Origin: Oikopleura dioica
Taxonomy: Eukaryota; Animalia; Chordata
Direction of reading: 5' to 3'
Length of the DNA stretch: 64,000 bases
NCBI GenBank assembly: GCA_907165135.1
Contig: OU015568.1
Coordinates: forward strand, 9,796,001 to 9,860,000
Each line of letters begins with the position of its first letter. The stretch's first letter is position 1. The translations under genes and the position numbers were made by a program. Positions 59,206 through 64,000 of the stretch are shown here, piece by piece. Below the pieces are notes generated by a model. That model did not search any database, had not been told where the DNA came from, and worked only from the letters and a program-made list of their open reading frames with translations.

Positions 59206-61492
59206 ATGCGAGAGCCAGCATTTTCAAAAGCCGAAGAAAACTTTGCCAAATGTGCGATTTTCGAGGGCAACAGACTCGATGGCAGGAGCTACCTTGAGAT
59301 GCGCAAGTGTTCGATTGAATTTGGGCAGGAATTCGGCACCTGTGTCGCTAGTATAGGAAATACACGAGCCCTAGCGCATGTTTCTTGCTCTTTGGACAGG
59401 CCTAGTGAGGTTCGACCGTCAGAGGGAAAAATTGTCTTCAAAGTTGAGCTGCCGCCCCTAGCATCCCCCAGTTTTGATCTAAATAAGAAGTCTGCTTTTG
59501 CGATTGACTTAAACCGGTTGTTAGAAAAGGCTATTGTTCAAAGGTAAAAATAAATCGACCTGCTGAGGCTTGAATTGTGTTTAGCCGTTGCATTGATATC
59601 GAAGAACTGTGCGTGCGAGCTGGGGAACAATGCTGGACCCTGCGAGTAGAAGTGACTGCGCTAAATCACGAAGGAAACCTTTCCGATGCTCTTTGTCTGG
59701 CTGCTATGGGCGCTCTCATGCATTTCAAGCGACCAGAAGTGACTGTAGATGGGCACGATGTAAAAATTCATACTGCCGATGAAAAAGAACCAACAAGATT
59801 GACCCTTCATCATAAACCATTCTGTGTTACGATTGGATATATTGAGGATGATCGAACAGGTGAATTTAGCAGAAGATAAATTTGAAGATGAGAAAATTTT
59901 AGAATCGGATGGAGATAGACAAAAGATTTTGGTCCTGGATCCAGTGAGGCAGGAGGAACAAGTGTTGTCGGGAATAATTTCAATAGCTATCAACAAGCAT
60001 AGAGAGGTAAGTCAGTTCAAATAGCGGTTTTTAACCCGTTAACAGGGTGGTCGATTTCGCCTACGCCTGTTTGTGATTGAGTGAAATCATGGATTCGGGC
60101 ATGCGATTGGCTACTCGTTTCCACGCGTGGCCGTGAGACGGCCACGCGCCTGTTAACGGGTTAAGAACAACATCCTCAGCCATGTCTTCGTTAGTGCGAT
60201 AGTTTTCTACTTTGGTCTTCTTTTGGTGTCGTTGTTTGAAAGTCCACGGGTTAGGGTAAGGTGCATGACGTATATTATCATCAGCAGCGTCTGATGTTTC
60301 GGGAATGTCGGCTGCCAGGATCTCCTTGACTTCTTTCTCGGCTTTTTCGATTTCTTTCTTTGCGACAATTTCTAATGCCTTTTTGTCTTTGACACTTTTC
60401 TCGAGAGAAACAATCTTTTTCTTTTGAATTATTACAAATGATTTAAGATGGACCCTAAATGATTGAATGATTGGAGCTTGAGGATTCCCATATTCAGCAG
60501 CGATGAGTGTTTCATCTTCGTTAATTATGCTATTTGATTCGATTTCTTCACAACTTTTGGTGATCTTTTGCATAGCTTCAATGGCATTGTTAAGATTATT
60601 GACATCAAGGCTTGTCTGTTGCTGTTTTTCTTTCAGGGCATCAAGTGAGGACATTTTTTTCTTGAGCAAAGCCTCGCGTTCTGCTAGTTTTTTGTTGAAG
60701 ATTTTCTCTTTCTCCTCTTGTTTTTTCTTGAAAAGAAAACGCTTTACTTCCAAGGATCGTTTAATCAATTCCATTTTTGAAAAGAAATCTAATGAGCTTG
60801 ATTGTGATCTTCTTTGAGTTGATCCCTGCCTTTTATACCTGGGCCCGGATGTTGTTCGAAATATCATTTTATTTCGAAGTCAGTCAGTTTAATTCTTGAT
60901 TCAGATCTGCGCGATGCGAGTCTCTGGTAATCGCGAGTTGGATAGCTCGCAAATTCTTTCCTGTACCAAGATTGCTGCAAATAAGGTGAAGGATCTGCAA
61001 GAGCTGATAGAAACGGCAATCAAAAAAGATGACAAGCAACGAAAGAAGGGTCGTATTCCAAGAGTGAATTGTACTGTAATGGACTCTTATCTCGGCGATC
61101 TTGGAGACATAAGCGATATTTTGGAGCAGATCAACAATATAAAAATGGAAGCTCAGCCGGAAGTGGAAATCGTTAATGAAGTTGAACCCATGAACGAGGA
61201 TGAAGAGGTACACGGTGACGAGGAAATGGTCGAAAGTAAGCCAGATGTGACTGAGGTTGAAGTGATCACCCCGAAAACGGAGTCGAACTGGAGTGAGACG
61301 GAGAAATGGTTCGACAGTGAGAAACAAGTTTTTGTGAGGGCTTCATGTACGTTTATGTTTTTTTTATAATTTTTTCTGAATCCCTCCAAAGCAGATAAAA
61401 ACGAGACGAGCAAACAGACCGCTCCAGAAACAACTGCCGACGATAGTGAAGAAGAAGAAACAGTTCAGATTACTAGCACTGAGTTAAAATAG
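59206..61492 (+). CDS. EXOSC9: Exosome complex component RRP45
   Basis: MREPAFSKAE..RLDGR, RPSEG, SRCIDIEELC..AGEQCW.LRV, NHEGNL.DA, FKRPEVTV, LHHKPFCVT, DPVRQEE, acidic tail; contains a roughly 900-nt intron (60007-60904). Confidence 0.95.
60035..60160. mobile_element. Tiny piggyBac-like MITE (126 bp)
   Basis: TTAA at 60031-60034 and 60161-60164; perfect 12-bp TIR CCCGTTAACAGG / CCTGTTAACGGG; internal 11-bp hairpin at 60124-60148. Confidence 0.8.
60061..60774 (-). CDS. Intronless coiled-coil ORF (about 237 aa) nested antisense in the EXOSC9 intron
   Basis: The stop-free stretch 60061-60867 contains ATG 60774 (MELIKRSLEVKR); K/E-rich heptads; the last ~33 codons come from the MITE. Confidence 0.5.
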   Translation of the reverse strand: MELIKRSLEVKRFLFKKKQEEKEKIFNKKLAEREALLKKKMSSLDALKEKQQQTSLDVNNLNNAIEAMQKITKSCEEIESNSIINEDETLIAAEYGNPQAPIIQSFRVHLKSFVIIQKKKIVSLEKSVKDKKALEIVAKKEIEKAEKEVKEILAADIPETSDAADDNIRHAPYPNPWTFKQRHQKKTKVENYRTNEDMAEDVVLNPLTGAWPSHGHAWKRVANRMPESMISLNHKQA

Positions 61493-61628
61493 CAGCTTCA
61501 ATTGTATTTTAAAACTGGACGAAATAAAATCTTCTAGAACTTGTCTCTATTGATTCAACTGTACCGTGCGATCGCCCATTGTCAATATAATCCTTTAGGT
61601 CATTTTTATATTTTTTGTAGACTCAGTT

Positions 61629-63801
61629 ATGCAAGCACATGGGGATGGAATGCAAGTCCGCTACGATCCAGGACTCACACAGATGCGAAGAGAAAGGTTC
61701 GGCCAAGCTCATTGATAATAAGCTCATGGCTTTTCTAGAGACGCCCTTCAGTTGGAATTGAAATCACGAGAGACAAAAGAGAAGGAACTTGTCAAGAGAG
61801 TCCGCAGACTTGAGAAAAGACTCAATGACGCGATTGACCAAGATCAAATTGTGGAAAAGCTCAAAGCACAGGTTAAGATTTGTCAAGAAAGAAATGTTTT
61901 CAAAGAAATTTAGGTTGCGAAAAGAGACAAGCGATTCAAAGATCTCAACGCGTATCTGAAAAAGCTGCCTACAATGGACGAGTTCCACCAAGTCACCTCC
62001 GAGCGCGATCGTCTAGAATGCGAGAATAAAGAACTAACAGTCAACTTTCGTGAAATCAAAGAGAAACTCGGACCGTACATCGAAAAAGTCCAGACAATGT
62101 CGACCGAAAAGCATCAACTGGAGAAGGAAATCCGCGATCTTTATCAAGCTAAAAGCGAGCTGGAAGACAAGCTTTGCTGCACGAATGTGACGAGTATAGA
62201 TAATAAAGAAAACAACTCCCAAGAGATTCTTGAAGAGAAAATCGAGCAACAAAGGCTGATAGAGACCAATCTCATGGCTAGACTCAAAAGAGAACGACAA
62301 GAAAGACACGATGAGGTTCAAAAGTAAGAGTATTTATTCCGGTTCTTGTTTTTCAGTTGAATATTTACAATAATAGATACGAGTCGGAGATAAGTCAGCA
62401 GTCGAAGTCGCTCCAGCTGATGATGGACGCTCTGAAAGAGAAAAATAATGAAGTCGAAGTATCAAAAGCTGATATATACGAAAAAGACGCGCTGATAGAA
62501 AAACTAAGGAGAGACATTGAAACCTTGACGGGAAGCAATTGTCCGGAAGCGATCAAGGAAGAACTTACAAGTGAGTTTTGTTTTACATATTTTCCTCCTC
62601 TTCGATCGAGGGAATTGTTGGCATTGGAGTGGCTGGGTCGTTTTGTGAGAGCGGGAATTCCCGAACTATCCGGTTCGGTTTCGATGGAGGAGGTCCCCAG
62701 CAACGGTCTTTGGCCATCGGAACTAGGAAATTTTTAAAATATGATTCTGTGGCTGACAGACAACTTTACCTTGTTCTGGTGCACTTGGGACGGGCTTTTC
62801 CTCTTGGATCCTTGTTGCTCTGCTAGGTATTGGCGGTCGAGGAGCAGCTTGTTTCAGGGATGGGGCGTTTGGTTGATTTCTCGTTGCCGCTGGGACGGGA
62901 TGGTTTATCGCTCTTTTTCTAAGCGAAATTTATATTCAGTGATATCAATTTTGAATAACTTACGGAAACGCAAAGCATGAGATGCTGACTTCGCGGTCGA
63001 ATTTCAGCCGTGGTCCATTCTCACTCACGATGCAGAATGGGCATTCGCCCATGTCTGGCAATCGTTTGCATTTTCGGCAGATTTTGTGGCCACAAGAGTC
63101 GAGGCGGACGAAAGTGTTCTAATCAGTAAAATCGAAAATTTCAAAGTTTAGTGCTTTACCTCATGGTTATTCTTGCAGTGGCACATGAGCAGACTTTTTA
63201 GCTTCCGCTTCTCCATTCGCAATTTTTTGATCTCTCTTTCCCGGTTAACAGCAGTCTTCTCGTATTGTACGAGTTTCTTGTTGGCCTTTTGCTCAGCGCT
63301 AAAGCAGCCTCCCATTTTCAATATAGAGCTTATATTCTAAGTCAATTCGAAAAAGTTTAAAGTTTTGGTTCTTCTTGCTTTTTTACTGTCTATCTGTTTG
63401 GTTGGTGGGTTTATGTGGCGGATGAATGTCTCCCTCTATCAAGCAGTTTTTATCCGCCGCAAATTTGGGGGCGCTATTGAAGACTTATCACAAATTCCCC
63501 CGAACGAACCAGCGTAATGCCATATTCTCACATTATTCACGATGTGATAGCGTTCACTGATAATCGCTAGCGGTTCCCACATTTAAATTCCTATTTAGTC
63601 GCCATCGAGGAACTTCAATCTGTGATCGACTTGACAGTTGAGCACGACGACTCCGACTCTGAAATCAGCGAACTGCACATGACAATCCGCGATCGCGATC
63701 ACAAAACTTTACCGATGCTTATGGACCAAATTTCAGCAATTCGAAAAACAATCCTTGATCTACACGCTTCCCACGCTACCGAAAAGTGTCAAGTTCAATA
63801 G
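61629..63801 (+). CDS. CEP85/CEP85L-like centrosomal coiled-coil protein
   Basis: RFKDLNAYLKKLPTMDEF resembles CEP85 RIETLERYLADLPTLED; phase-1 donor about 62571 and acceptor about 63598 give a last exon IAIEELQSVIDL...IRKTILDLHASHATEKCQVQ*, resembling the CEP85 end ..ENCVTQ*. Confidence 0.6.
62583..63315 (-). CDS. Putatively myristoylated RING-finger protein nested antisense in the CEP85-like intron
   Basis: MGGCFSAEQKANKKL..coiled coil..CHC..|..SCGHKICRKC..CPFC, then a Pro-rich tail ending PTIPSIEEEENM*; GT-AG introns. Confidence 0.75.
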
Positions 63802-64000
63802 TTCTATAAACCGAATTTGCTTCTTTATCCATCATTTCCCCTCTCTGTACGTCAGCTGTATCTACCTTCTTCTCACTTCCAATATTCCACGAACATCCAT
63901 TTGCACCTGATTCTCGCTTTTTGTAAAGAATAATACAAGTCAATTCATTTTCACTCATTTTCATCACGAGTTGATTTCAGCTAAAAATGGGAGTCCCGAA

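Noticed and set aside
62741-62980. Trp-rich plus-strand ORF
   Set aside because: Antisense to the Pro-rich exon of the nested RING gene.
63776-63967. Minus-strand ORF at the window edge
   Set aside because: May be the 3' end of a neighbouring gene, but too short and featureless to support.
1-64000. tRNA, rRNA, SL RNA, autonomous transposase or reverse transcriptase genes
   Set aside because: No convincing cloverleaf, rRNA, DDE or RT motifs found by eye; a tRNAscan/Infernal/HMM run would be needed to exclude them.

Overview
Compact eukaryotic DNA with many 35-60 nt introns (some apparently GC-AG or GA-AG), very short intergenic gaps and unpaired AG acceptors just upstream of start codons. 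This architecture points to a larvacean tunicate, most likely Oikopleura dioica (inference, not a database result). Recognisable genes in order: a large type I membrane glycoprotein, a divergent SK/KCNN-like K+ channel, RPS3, two RNF170-like RING genes, MRCK kinase and KIF3B. A plus-strand operon-like run follows (myristoylated orphan, CDIN1, transketolase, SUPT3H, Smaug, orphan). Then comes a minus-strand run (Parkin, hyaluronidase, D-serine dehydratase-like, G8/CEMIP-like protein, trypsin-CUB-CTL mosaic protein) and a divergent plus-strand run (two cyclophilins, PEN-2, EXOSC9, CEP85-like), with two antisense genes nested in introns. Five clear MITE/foldback elements are present. Best lead: an 814-bp hAT MITE sits inside a CUB-coding exon, and its terminal inverted repeats supply a GC donor and an AG acceptor that would splice it out in frame (introner-like behaviour). 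Other leads are a Parkin lacking both PINK1-activation and autoinhibition residues, an SK-like channel with Asn in the filter, a dense ACTAAY cluster between in-phase alternative last exons, and a G8 protein with protist-like GGLGC modules. Several single-base frame breaks at homopolymers suggest assembly errors. Exon boundaries and alignments were done by eye and are approximate.
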